IMG/VR virus record: IMGVR_UViG_3300029535_000005
Location: 1 to 59,997 of that record
Direction: 5' to 3' (one strand)
Source: a virus
DNA: 59,997 nt
Below the pieces are notes generated by a model. That model had not been told where the DNA came from. It saw only the letters and a list, made by a program, of their open reading frames with translations, and ran no database searches. The position numbers were made by a program, and so were the translations under genes. Positions within the stretch are counted from its first letter, which is position 1. Every line of letters starts with the position of its first letter. Shown here piece after piece: positions 8,880-18,234 of the stretch.

Positions 8880-9248
8880 ATGACAGAAAATATAGCAATT
8901 TACTGTTTAAAAGCGGCAAGTGAATTAAATCCGGAAATGTGTGAGGAATGCCCTTTGTATGGTCAAACAGGCGCAGACCATTGTTGTGAAGACGCTCTTC
9001 AGGTGGCGATCAAGGCATTGGAGGAATTACAACAGTACCGCACAATCGGCACAGTGGAAGAATGCCGGGCGGCAGTGGAGAAGCAGACAGTGAAGAAAGT
9101 GAAATCAATATCCCAGGTAAAAGACGGAGACAGCTATGGCGGTCTTATAGGGAGATGTCCTTGCTGTGGAGACATATTGGAAGAGGATACCGTATATTGT
9201 GATTGCGGTCAGAGATTAGATTGGGGGACGAGCGATGAGACTGATTGA
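8880..9248 (+). CDS. Hypothetical Cys-rich protein
   Basis: 122-aa ORF with CPCCGD...CDCG motifs. Confidence 0.6.
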   Translation: MTENIAIYCLKAASELNPEMCEECPLYGQTGADHCCEDALQVAIKALEELQQYRTIGTVEECRAAVEKQTVKKVKSISQVKDGDSYGGLIGRCPCCGDILEEDTVYCDCGQRLDWGTSDETD

Positions 9249-9546
9249 TGCGGATAAATTAAAAGCGGATTTAGAAAAAGCAATTTCAAAGAACGAAGAT
9301 ATGGATTGCTTAGACTTTTTACGCGTTGCTTCTTTTATTGATGCGCAGCCGACCGCCTACGACCCGGACAAGGTTGTGGAGCAGTTGGAAGAACGCACAG
9401 CATTCCTGAAAGACTGTACGAAGTATGGAAATAAAACAGCAGATCAGCAGTCAAAATCCTACGACACTATGATGATGTACGAGGTCATGGATTTGGTAGA
9501 TGATTTGTTAGAGATTGTAAAGGCAGGTGTATCAGATGGCAATTAA
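9235..9546 (+). CDS. Hypothetical protein
   Basis: 103-aa ORF overlapping both neighbours. Confidence 0.6.
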   Translation: MRLIDADKLKADLEKAISKNEDMDCLDFLRVASFIDAQPTAYDPDKVVEQLEERTAFLKDCTKYGNKTADQQSKSYDTMMMYEVMDLVDDLLEIVKAGVSDGN

Positions 9547-10186
9547 ACCGATTTTATTCAATACCGAAATGGTTCGGGCAATTTTGGACGGACGGAAGAC
9601 CTGTACCCGTCGATTGATAAAGCCACAGCCGGATAAAAAGCATATATATCCACTTGGTTTTGTTACCGACAGTACAGAAAAGAAAGAGGTAGGATGCTTT
9701 GGATTTGCCGCTAATGAATATGGTGGCTCTATTCAATACGTTAAGCCGCCGTATAGGTATGCACCGGGAGATATCCTGTATGTTCGGGAGACATGGAAAA
9801 AGGCGCCGAACGGATACTATTACTACGAAGATTGGCAAAGAAATGACATTGCCGATGTTACAAAGTGGAAACCATCCATCCACATGCCGAAAGAAGCGGC
9901 GCGTATCTGGCTTAAGGTTACGAATGTGATGGTGGAGCGGTTGCAGGAGATAACACCAAAGGGGGCAGAAAGCGAAGGTGTTGGAAACCTTTTCTATGAT
10001 GATATCGGATACGGTGAAAAAAATTATGGAACAGAAGTAGACCCAGAGTACGGGATTGCAAAGGAGCAATTTGCTTGGCTGTGGGAATCAACCATCAAGA
10101 AATCCGACATTGACCGCTACGGTTGGGATGCATCACCGTGGGTTTGGGTAATCGAATTTGAAAGGTGCGAGAAACCGGAAGCATGA
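9536..10186 (+). CDS. Putative ASCH/PUA-like domain protein
   Basis: The N-terminus MAIKPILFNTEMVRAILDGRKTCTRR is typical of phage ASCH-like proteins. Confidence 0.5.
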   Translation: MAIKPILFNTEMVRAILDGRKTCTRRLIKPQPDKKHIYPLGFVTDSTEKKEVGCFGFAANEYGGSIQYVKPPYRYAPGDILYVRETWKKAPNGYYYYEDWQRNDIADVTKWKPSIHMPKEAARIWLKVTNVMVERLQEITPKGAESEGVGNLFYDDIGYGEKNYGTEVDPEYGIAKEQFAWLWESTIKKSDIDRYGWDASPWVWVIEFERCEKPEA

Positions 10187-10204
10187 TGATTTAGGAGGTG
10201 CAGG

Positions 10205-10405
10205 GTGAAATTATATCAAGGAAATGCAAAGGAACTTGTAGGCAAGAAGATTGATTGTTACAAAAGACGTTTCGGTTATTATCCAATGGAAGTTATTGAG
10301 ATAAACGGAGTGCCATATGTAAAAGATGCAGTTGGAGTATGTATGCCGATTCCAGAAAAAGAAACGGACTTTAACTGCACTGATTTTGATTTTGTCATTG
10401 AGTAA
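10205..10405 (+). CDS. Hypothetical protein
   Basis: 66 aa, GTG start after TAGGAGGTG. Confidence 0.5.
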   Translation: MKLYQGNAKELVGKKIDCYKRRFGYYPMEVIEINGVPYVKDAVGVCMPIPEKETDFNCTDFDFVIE

Positions 10406-10420
10406 ATTTGGAGGTGGAAG

Positions 10421-10693
10421 ATGGCTAAAGCAGTATTGGTTATGGATATGCCGGAACAGGTATGCCAGAAATGCACATTGTGCTATGAGACAGAGAATGA
10501 TGACGAATATCTATGCTGTGCGACAGGGAAACTTGTACCAGACGGAGCAAAGCCGGACTGGTGCCCACTCCGGGAACTGCCAGAGAGATCAGATCATCCA
10601 GATCATTGTGACAATGGAAGGTTCGATGCAGGGTGGAACGGATGCTTAGATGCCATAGAGGGAGGCGTGCATGGGAAAGAGCAGAGCGAGTAA
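10421..10693 (+). CDS. Hypothetical Cys-rich protein
   Basis: 90 aa with RBS GGAGGTGGAAG upstream. Confidence 0.55.
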   Translation: MAKAVLVMDMPEQVCQKCTLCYETENDDEYLCCATGKLVPDGAKPDWCPLRELPERSDHPDHCDNGRFDAGWNGCLDAIEGGVHGKEQSE

Positions 10694-10892
10694 GCTGAAC
10701 GGCTACCGGAGTGCGGTAAGCTGGAAGAGAAACGATGTGTATAAGTTCAAGACTAAGAGCGGTAAGAAAAAATAGTGTAAAACGCGATTGCGGATGAGAA
10801 ACAAATCTGTACCGAAAAAAATTTTTAGGGGCTTCTGACATATTAAAAGTGGATGCATTCAAAACATGTCACTTTTACGGGAGGGAAAAGAT

Positions 10893-10991
10893 ATGATGAA
10901 AGCCTTAATTATTAGCGTAGTTACAGATTTGGCACGAGAACTTGTATGTGATCTGATTTTAAATTACATATCGGAAAAATTAAAGAAATAG
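10893..10991 (+). CDS. Possible 32-aa hydrophobic peptide
   Basis: GGGAGGG lies 7 nt upstream of the ATG. Sequence MMKALIISVVTDLARELVCDLILNYISEKLKK. Confidence 0.3.
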   Translation: MMKALIISVVTDLARELVCDLILNYISEKLKK

Positions 10992-11051
10992 TTTAGGGAA
11001 AGGAGCCGAGACTCTGGCCAGAGTGATGCATATGCGGTCTCCTTTTGAAAA

Positions 11052-13565
11052 ATGACATACAAAGAATTTTTAGAATCCAAGATTGAACTTGCAACAGAAA
11101 GCGGGTTCGTTGTGGATCCAGAAAAAGTAAATAAGGTATTAAAGCCACATCAGAGGGATGCGGTGGTGTGGGCACTGAAAGGCGGCAGGCGTGCATTGTT
11201 TGAGAGTTTCGGACTCGGAAAGACCGTGCAGGAGATTGAGTTTTGCCACTTAGCGGCGGAACACAGCGACGGCCGTGCGTTGATCGTGTTGCCGCTTGGA
11301 GTAAAGCAGGAGTTCACGCATGATGCGGTGGAAGTGCTTGGATATGGAAAGCCGGAGTATTGCCGGACAATGGAAGAAGTGGAGAAAAGCACAAGCCAGA
11401 TCGTATTGACGAATTATGAACGTGTCCGGGATGGAGATATCCGGCCAGACTACTTTACAGCAACATCACTCGATGAAGCCAGTGTTTTAAGGAGTTTTGG
11501 CAGCAAGACTTATCAGACATTCTTGGATAAATTCAAGAATGTTCCGTATAAGCTGGTAGCCACGGCAACACCATCGCCGAACAAATACAAAGAGCTGATC
11601 CATTACGCCGGATATCTGGAAGTGATGGATACAGGGCAGGCGTTGACACGGTTCTTCCAACGCGACAGCACAAAAGCGAACAATCTCACATTGTACCCAA
11701 ACATGGAAGATGAGTTTTGGATGTGGGTAAGCAGCTGGGCGCTTTTTATCACGAAACCTTCAGATCTCAATCCAGTATATTCCGATGCGGGATATGATCT
11801 ACCGCCACTTGATGTAAGATGGCATGAATTGCCGGTGCATTATGGCGATACAGCGGATAAGGACGGACAGATTCAGCTGTTTCAGGAAGCCGCCGAGGGA
11901 TTGAAAGAAGCCGCGGCAGTCAAGAGAGAAAGTATTGACCGCCGTGTAGCAGAAATGAAACGGATTGTGGAAGAATCGCCGGATGATCATTTCTTGTTAT
12001 GGCATGATCTGGAGAATGAACGGCATGCAATCAAGAAAGCACTGCCGGAAGTGGTGGATATCTACGGCTCGATGGACTATGACCTGCGTGAGCAGAGAGT
12101 AATTGATTTCTCGAATGGACGGACAAAGTTATTTGCCACAAAGAAATCATTATCCGGATCCGGATGTAATTTTCAGAGATATTGCCACCGCGAAATATTT
12201 CTTGGAATTGATTATGAGTTCAACGATTTTATTCAGGCGGTACACCGGTGTTATCGATTTTTACAGAAAGAACCGGTTGTGATCGACATTATCTACATGG
12301 AGAACGAGCGGCAGATCAAGGAAGCTTTGCTTGAAAAATGGAAGAATCACAATCACATGGTCGCGAAAATGATCGAGATTGTAAAAAAGTATGGTCTTAA
12401 TTCGGAGAATAAGGCGCAGCGGTTAGAAAGGAAGATGGGCGTGGAAGGTAGCAGAGAAGAAAGAACAGTAAGAGGAAACCATTATGAAGCGGTATATGGG
12501 GATTGTGTGGAGGAAACTCGAGCAATGGAAACGAACAGCATTGATCTGATACATACCTCGATTCCATTCGGCAACCATTACGAGTACAGCGCAAATTATA
12601 ACGATTTCGGACACAACCAGAACACGGACCGGTTCTTTGAACAGATGGACTTCCTCACGCCGGAATTGCTCCGGGTGTTAAAACCGGGGCGTGTGGCTGC
12701 AATCCATGTCAAGGATCGTGTGCTTTTTGGAAATGCAACAGGAACCGGAATGCCAACCATTGAACCATTTCACGCGCTTTGCATTGCGCATTATATGAAG
12801 CATGGTTTCCAGTATTTCGGAATGATTACTGTCGTGACTGATGTGGTCCGTGAGAATAACCAGACGTACCGGTTAGGGTGGACGGAGCAGTGCAAGGACG
12901 GATCCAAGATGGGCGTAGGATGCCCGGAATATATTCTGCTGTTCCGGAAACTGCCGACCGACAGATCCACTGCATACGCGGATGAACCGGTCAAGAAATC
13001 CAAAGAGGGTTACACGCGTGCGCAGTGGCAGATTGATGCGCATGGATACTGGAGATCCTCCGGCAATCGGTTAATCAGTAAAGAAGAATTGAAAGAGTTC
13101 CCGGTGGACAGCTTACAGCAGGTGTACAGGGAGTACAGCCGCGGCAGCGTATACAACTATGGGGATCATGTGAAACTTGCGGAAGATCTGGACAAGGACG
13201 GGAAACTACCGGCAACATTTATGGTCGTTGCTCCGGGATCGTGGAACCAGTTGGAAGTGTGGGACGACATCAACCGGATGCGAACCCTTAACACTACGCA
13301 GAGCCGCAGACGTGCCCAGATGCACGTATGCCCGTTACAGTTGGATATCGTGGAGAGAATCATCAACAGATATAGCAATGAGGGCGATACGGTCTATGAT
13401 CCGTTTGGTGGACTTATGACAGTACCAATGACAGCGGTCAAGATGCATCGGAACGGCAAAGGATGCGAACTGAATCAGGATTACTTCCGGGATGGCGTTG
13501 GATATCTGCAGGCTGCGGAGAATGAAGTGGACGAGCCGACATTGTTTGATTTTATGAAAGAATAG
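11052..13565 (+). CDS. SNF2/DEAD-like helicase domain fused to a DNA methyltransferase (N6-A or N4-C, beta-type motif order)
   Basis: Helicase motif I FGLGKT and motif II LDEAS. Methyltransferase motif IV-like TSIPF precedes motif I DPFGGLMT. Confidence 0.85.
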   Translation: MTYKEFLESKIELATESGFVVDPEKVNKVLKPHQRDAVVWALKGGRRALFESFGLGKTVQEIEFCHLAAEHSDGRALIVLPLGVKQEFTHDAVEVLGYGKPEYCRTMEEVEKSTSQIVLTNYERVRDGDIRPDYFTATSLDEASVLRSFGSKTYQTFLDKFKNVPYKLVATATPSPNKYKELIHYAGYLEVMDTGQALTRFFQRDSTKANNLTLYPNMEDEFWMWVSSWALFITKPSDLNPVYSDAGYDLPPLDVRWHELPVHYGDTADKDGQIQLFQEAAEGLKEAAAVKRESIDRRVAEMKRIVEESPDDHFLLWHDLENERHAIKKALPEVVDIYGSMDYDLREQRVIDFSNGRTKLFATKKSLSGSGCNFQRYCHREIFLGIDYEFNDFIQAVHRCYRFLQKEPVVIDIIYMENERQIKEALLEKWKNHNHMVAKMIEIVKKYGLNSENKAQRLERKMGVEGSREERTVRGNHYEAVYGDCVEETRAMETNSIDLIHTSIPFGNHYEYSANYNDFGHNQNTDRFFEQMDFLTPELLRVLKPGRVAAIHVKDRVLFGNATGTGMPTIEPFHALCIAHYMKHGFQYFGMITVVTDVVRENNQTYRLGWTEQCKDGSKMGVGCPEYILLFRKLPTDRSTAYADEPVKKSKEGYTRAQWQIDAHGYWRSSGNRLISKEELKEFPVDSLQQVYREYSRGSVYNYGDHVKLAEDLDKDGKLPATFMVVAPGSWNQLEVWDDINRMRTLNTTQSRRRAQMHVCPLQLDIVERIINRYSNEGDTVYDPFGGLMTVPMTAVKMHRNGKGCELNQDYFRDGVGYLQAAENEVDEPTLFDFMKE

Positions 13566-13573
13566 GTGCGTCC

Positions 13574-13933
13574 ATGAAAGCAAAATCAGTAGGGGATAAA
13601 GTAAGTGAGTGTTGCCAGAACATCCGACAGGAGATAGAGCACTGGAAAGATATCAATCAGAACGGGTGCAGTGATCCGTTCTGGCCGGATGGATGCAATA
13701 TGAATCTGACACGGAACCATATCATTTATTATCAGCGACAGCTCCGGAAAATCTGCACAAAGAATCGGTTACCGCTGCCGGATGAATATTATTTCTCCGC
13801 GCCACCTGAGGTCGATAATCAGTATATGGCAAATCTGAAGCAGAAAGACCGGGTTGAGAGAATATTTTTCCAGAGGAAGATACCCGCAAAACAAAAATAT
13901 AAGTACGATGAGCGGCAAATGAGTTTGTTTTAG
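13574..13933 (+). CDS. Hypothetical protein
   Basis: 119-aa ORF. Confidence 0.6.
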   Translation: MKAKSVGDKVSECCQNIRQEIEHWKDINQNGCSDPFWPDGCNMNLTRNHIIYYQRQLRKICTKNRLPLPDEYYFSAPPEVDNQYMANLKQKDRVERIFFQRKIPAKQKYKYDERQMSLF

Positions 13934-13964
13934 CAGATTTAGTAAAGAAAGAGAGGTAATTAAC

Positions 13965-14267
13965 ATGATTCATGCGATATGTGACTTTTGTGGAAAAGAT
14001 TGTGATAGAACTGCAACATTATTATCGATGACACCGTTTCAGAATTTTGCGCGGTATCATACCGATAATACGCCGTATGGATTTGAAGCGAAGACGAGAA
14101 GTTTTGTGATATGCGGCGAATGCTGTAAAAAGCATGATTTACCGAATCCGTATGAGACATACACTGGAATCACAAACCAGAAAGCGACATACGAAAAATG
14201 TCTTGATAATTATACGGATACTGACCTTATCGAAGACGAAAAGTACGATAGAAGATTTGGTTTATAA
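13965..14267 (+). CDS. Hypothetical Cys-rich protein
   Basis: 100-aa ORF with CDFCGKDC ... CGECC motifs. Confidence 0.6.
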   Translation: MIHAICDFCGKDCDRTATLLSMTPFQNFARYHTDNTPYGFEAKTRSFVICGECCKKHDLPNPYETYTGITNQKATYEKCLDNYTDTDLIEDEKYDRRFGL

Positions 14268-14321
14268 AGCGGATGGGATAAAAATTGAGATAGATTGATA
14301 TTAAGGAGAGAAAAGCAAGCC

Positions 14322-14564
14322 ATGAAAAAGAAACTTATAGCAGCAATATTGACGGTAACACTCTTAATCGCCGGATGCGAGAGTGTGAATGTTGACGCAG
14401 AGCAGGATAATACGATGGTATTGGTAGAAGGTTGGCGGGATTACGGTATCTATGCGGACAAAGACACAGGCGTCATGTATCTGGTGTATCAGCGGAATGG
14501 TACCGGATGTACCGTTATGCTCAATGCAGACGGGACACCGAAGATCTGGCAGGGAGAAGAATAA
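14322..14564 (+). CDS. Small lipoprotein
   Basis: Signal peptide MKKKLIAAILTVTLLIAGC with a lipobox. AAGGAGAG RBS upstream of ATG 14322. Confidence 0.7.
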   Translation: MKKKLIAAILTVTLLIAGCESVNVDAEQDNTMVLVEGWRDYGIYADKDTGVMYLVYQRNGTGCTVMLNADGTPKIWQGEE

Positions 14565-14585
14565 AATATTGGAGGATATTGGCTT

Positions 14586-14810
14586 ATGAAGTTTTCAAAA
14601 CTGACTAAGCCAGAGCTTGAAGTAATTATTGAAAACGCCAATTTTACGGAGCAGGAAGAGGAAATATTTTCTCTTCTTGCCCGTGGATTTATACCAAAAG
14701 AAATATCAATGAAAATTTGTATTCCGCTAAGAACAGTAGAAAGGCGTATCTTTGATATAAAGCAAAAAGTCAAGAGATTGGAAGGTGATTTAAACGGAAA
14801 ATCTTTCTAA
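14586..14810 (+). CDS. Small sigma-70 region-4/LuxR-type HTH protein directly upstream of the integrase
   Basis: EEEIFSLLARGFIPKEISMKICIPLRTVERRIFDIKQKV. Confidence 0.65.
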   Translation: MKFSKLTKPELEVIIENANFTEQEEEIFSLLARGFIPKEISMKICIPLRTVERRIFDIKQKVKRLEGDLNGKSF

Positions 14811-14817
14811 GAGTGAA

Positions 14818-16020
14818 TTGTTGAATTTTGCCATTGAAAATGGTATTATCGACATAGACACCATTCAGAAAAAAATTGAGATGAACGAAAGGAAGAAATT
14901 TATTGAAAAACACAATTATAGCATTTGGGAAGGAAAAGACGGTAAGTTTTACACATATTTGCCCGATGAAGAAAGCCAGAGAGGGAAAAAACTTGTAAAA
15001 AGAACATCTGAAAAGGCGATAGAAGACGAGATAGTGAAGTTTTATAAAGCCATGGAAGATGAACCGACAATCAGCCAAGTATATTCTAGCTGGATTTCTG
15101 AAAAATTGGAATATGGTGAAATAACAAGGCAGACAAAAGACAAGTACGAGACAAATTTTAAAAGATTTTTTGAAAATAAGTATTTGCCGATTGCAAATAG
15201 AAAAATCCGGTATATTGACGAAGAAATATTGGAATCATTCATAAAAACAGCTATTTCAAAGCTGGAACTTACGCAGAAAGCGTACTCCGATATGCGGATA
15301 TTGATTAACGGAATTTTCAAATATGCAAAGAAAAAACATTATACCAGCTTAAGCATAACCAGTTTCATGGGTGATTTGGAAATTTCGGAAAAGTCATTTA
15401 AAAGGAATCATAAGTCTGACAACGAATTAGTTTTTTCTAAGGATGAAGAGCTTTTGATTGAACAATTCATAATGGAAAACCAGCCTACATTGATTGAACT
15501 TGGAATTATTTTGGCATTTAAAACCGGACTAAGGGTTGGAGAAATATCCACGCTTTCATGGTCAGATATTGAAGAAAATAAGATACATATATCAAAGACA
15601 GAAATACGATACCGAGATGATGGTGGCAAATATGTGTTTGATGTTCAGAATTTTCCAAAGAGCGATGCCGGATTTAGAGATGTTATAATTACCGAAGATA
15701 CCAATGAACTTATGAGAAAAATAAAAATGCTTAACCCTTTTGGAGAATATATTTTTATGAAAAACGGTAAAAGGATAAAAGGACAAGCATTTACAAGACG
15801 TTTATATGTGATATGCGATAAGGTGGGAATTGGTGAGCGATCGATTCATAAGGCGAGAAAGACATATGCTACAAAGCTTATAGATGGAAATGTTCCAGAA
15901 TCTGTAATAAAAACGCAAATGGGTCATACTGATATTAGAACAACGCTTGACCATTATTATTTTAATAATAAAACAGAGAGTGAGATGCAAGAATACATTG
16001 CGAAAGCACTATCGATGTAA
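14818..16020 (+). CDS. int: Tyrosine recombinase (phage integrase)
   Basis: GLRVGEISTLSWSDI, HKARKTYATKLI and MGHTDIRTTLDHYY give the R..HxxR..Y catalytic pattern. TTG start; the N-terminal boundary is uncertain. Confidence 0.9.
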   Translation: MLNFAIENGIIDIDTIQKKIEMNERKKFIEKHNYSIWEGKDGKFYTYLPDEESQRGKKLVKRTSEKAIEDEIVKFYKAMEDEPTISQVYSSWISEKLEYGEITRQTKDKYETNFKRFFENKYLPIANRKIRYIDEEILESFIKTAISKLELTQKAYSDMRILINGIFKYAKKKHYTSLSITSFMGDLEISEKSFKRNHKSDNELVFSKDEELLIEQFIMENQPTLIELGIILAFKTGLRVGEISTLSWSDIEENKIHISKTEIRYRDDGGKYVFDVQNFPKSDAGFRDVIITEDTNELMRKIKMLNPFGEYIFMKNGKRIKGQAFTRRLYVICDKVGIGERSIHKARKTYATKLIDGNVPESVIKTQMGHTDIRTTLDHYYFNNKTESEMQEYIAKALSM

Positions 16021-16022
16021 AA

Positions 16023-16228
16023 GGTAACACGAGGTAACACCTTTAGGTGTAAAGAAACCTAGTATTTATGCGGGTTTGCGGGGTTTGATACCGAGTTCAA
16101 ATCTCCCTTCCGCTACTATTTTTTTAAAATTGAAAACCTTGTGAAGCCTTGATTTTACTGGAAGAAAGGAGATTCTGAATGGTGTCTTTTCTGAAAGTAA
16201 AAATCAAAGGTAACACCAAAGGTAACAC
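16023..16228 (+). mobile_element. Candidate attP. Two pairs of GGTAACAC arm-type repeats flank a tRNA-3'-end-like core.
   Basis: GGTAACAC occurs at 16023, 16033, 16209 and 16221. The core GAGTTCAAATCTCCCTTCCGCTA (16093-16115) resembles T-loop, T-stem, acceptor 3' strand and discriminator. It lies immediately downstream of int. Confidence 0.5.
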
Positions 16229-16240
16229 GAACAAATGTAT

Positions 16241-16264
16241 GGACGCTTGATGCGTTCTTTTTTA
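16241..16264 (+). terminator. Intrinsic terminator
   Basis: GGACGC-TTGAT-GCGTTC followed by TTTTTTATT. Confidence 0.6.
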
Positions 16265-16306
16265 TTGCAATTTTGGCGGTAATGCGGCGGGAAACAGGCG
16301 TTATTT

Positions 16307-16341
16307 AGACGGTATTCTGGCGGTTTTACCGTCTTTTTTTA
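16307..16341 (+). terminator. Intrinsic terminator
   Basis: AGACGGTA ... TACCGTCT followed by TTTTTTT. Confidence 0.7.
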
Positions 16342-16493
16342 TGCCACAATATAAGCAAAGGGAGGGATGATAATGTTTTCTGACGATGTTCTTGAGAAAA
16401 TTTTTGCCAGAAAAGAATTGCAATCATTAGATTTGTCAACGCAGTCATCTATCATTCACGCAATCGAGGATGTTTTAGAGGAGGTTGAAGAAA

Positions 16494-17021
16494 ATGAACA
16501 TGAACGGAGTTTATCCGGCACCGGGCTATAGTCAGCAAATTCCTTATCAGGCATCATATGGGTATAATCCATATGGTAATCAGCAAAGAATTGAACAGCC
16601 GCAAAATTATTTTCAACCGGCGCAAACACAGCAAATTCAGCAGCCACAAATGACGCCTATTGGAATAAATGGAAAAATTGTGCCTTCTGTTGAAAATATT
16701 ACTGCAAACGATGTGCCGATGGATGGAAGCGTGGCGTTTTTCCCAAAGCAGGATATGACAGAAATATATGCTAAAAGTTGGAATGCAGATGGTACAATCC
16801 GCACAATCGTTTTTAATCCGGTTTTAAATGATATGACTAACAATTTATCGCATGAGCCGGGAAAAATGAAATTTGACCTATCAGACGAGTGCACAGGGGC
16901 ATTTATGGGAAAGTTTGATGAACTGTTTGGGAAAATTGAACAGTTAGAGGAACGTATCGGTAAAATTCCGGTTCCACAGAAAAAAACTTCTCAAATTAAA
17001 AAGGAGAGTGAATCCGAATGA
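16494..17021 (+). CDS. Hypothetical protein with a Gln/Pro/Tyr-rich N-terminus
   Basis: ATG lies 9 nt after GAGGAGG. Sequence MNMNGVYPAPGYSQQIPYQASYGYNPYGNQQRIEQPQNYFQPAQTQQIQQPQ... followed by a globular part. Confidence 0.6.
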   Translation: MNMNGVYPAPGYSQQIPYQASYGYNPYGNQQRIEQPQNYFQPAQTQQIQQPQMTPIGINGKIVPSVENITANDVPMDGSVAFFPKQDMTEIYAKSWNADGTIRTIVFNPVLNDMTNNLSHEPGKMKFDLSDECTGAFMGKFDELFGKIEQLEERIGKIPVPQKKTSQIKKESESE

Positions 17022-17218
17022 ATCCGATGCAAATGATTTTGAATCAAATGATAAATTCTCCGCAGATACAAAACAATCCAATGGCTAAAAATGCCATGCA
17101 GATGTATCAAAGCGGAGATACGGTCGGACTTAAGACAATGGCGGAGAATCTCTGCAAAGAAAGAGGAATTACAGTAGATGAAGCAAAGCAAAAGGTTATG
17201 AGTATGTTTAATCATTAG
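17018..17218 (+). CDS. Hypothetical small protein (Met/Gln/Asn-rich)
   Basis: 66 aa, overlapping the upstream stop (ATGA). Confidence 0.55.
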   Translation: MNPMQMILNQMINSPQIQNNPMAKNAMQMYQSGDTVGLKTMAENLCKERGITVDEAKQKVMSMFNH

Positions 17219-17287
17219 TACATTTTGGGTTGCGCGCATAATAACCGGTTATCCCATTTGTAAATAAATCAGATGGAGGTAAACAAA

Positions 17288-18079
17288 ATGTTTAATGGAA
17301 ACGCATCTCCTAGTCTTGCTGATATTGCAGCAGTGACAGGAAACGGAAGAAACAATGATGGCATGTGGGGCGGCGATGGCTGGTGGGCTATCATTATCTT
17401 CGCTATGATTTTTGGCTGGGGCGGCTTTGGCGGCAATGGCTGGGGAGGAAACGGAGGCATGGGAGCGACAGCATCTGCATACACCGACTCTGCAATTCAG
17501 CGTGGATTTGACACGCAGGCTATCATCGGGAAGTTAGATGGTATCACAAGTGGTCTATGTGATGGATTTTACGCACAGAATACCGCCGTTATGAACGGTT
17601 TCCATGGTGTAGACAATGCAATCTGCAACCTTGGATATCAGACGCAGCAGGGATTTAATACCACAAACGTAACACTTATGCAGGCACAGAATGCTTTGCA
17701 GTCCCAGATGGCTAATTGCTGCTGTGAGACCAGAGAAGCTATCCAGGGCGTGAACTACAATATGGCTCAGAACACCTGTGCACTGCAGAACACCATGAAC
17801 AGCAACACAAGAGACATTATTGACAGCCAGCAGGCAGGAACAAGGGCAATCCTTGATTACCTGTGTCAGGAAAAGATCTCTTCCTTACAGGCAGAAAATA
17901 ATGACTTAAGAATAGCTGCTTCACAGGATCGCCAGTCTGCATTGCTTACAACAGCAATGAGTGCACAGACACAGCAGATTATCAATGCCGTTAATCCGGC
18001 AGCTATCCCGGCTTACGTTGTTCCAAATCCAAACGCTTATGCTTACGGATGCGGATGCAACACAAGTTGCGGATGTTAA
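17288..18079 (+). CDS. Hypothetical membrane-associated protein: Gly/Trp-rich hydrophobic N-terminus, Gln/Asn-rich middle, Cys-rich C-terminus
   Basis: GGAGGT lies 7 nt upstream of the ATG. Motifs DGWWAIIIFAMIFGWGGFGGNGWGGNGG ... MANCCCETRE ... YAYGCGCNTSCGC. Confidence 0.65.
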   Translation: MFNGNASPSLADIAAVTGNGRNNDGMWGGDGWWAIIIFAMIFGWGGFGGNGWGGNGGMGATASAYTDSAIQRGFDTQAIIGKLDGITSGLCDGFYAQNTAVMNGFHGVDNAICNLGYQTQQGFNTTNVTLMQAQNALQSQMANCCCETREAIQGVNYNMAQNTCALQNTMNSNTRDIIDSQQAGTRAILDYLCQEKISSLQAENNDLRIAASQDRQSALLTTAMSAQTQQIINAVNPAAIPAYVVPNPNAYAYGCGCNTSCGC

Positions 18080-18134
18080 AGGCACTAAATTACAGACAGA
18101 TAACTAAAATTTAATATAAAATAACTTAATCAAT

Positions 18135-18182
18135 TTGAGTTCTTTTTGAGTTCCTTTTGAGTTCCTCTTGATTTGAACTCAA
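18135..18182 (+). promoter_or_regulatory. Phased repeat cluster: TTGAGTTC three times at 11-bp spacing, plus one inverted copy
   Basis: TTGAGTTC occurs at 18135, 18146 and 18157. GAACTCAA occurs at 18175-18182. Confidence 0.7.
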
Positions 18183-18234
18183 AACACACTCGAAAGAATG
18201 TGATTATGTCTGCTTTGCAGAATTATGAACACAA

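Noticed and set aside
16185-16256. 23-aa ORF (MVSFLKVKIKGNTKGNTNKCMDA) with an AGGAG RBS inside the attP region, considered as a possible excisionase
   Set aside because: It is too short. Its KGNT repeats simply translate the GGTAACAC arm-site repeats, so it is more likely non-coding attP DNA.
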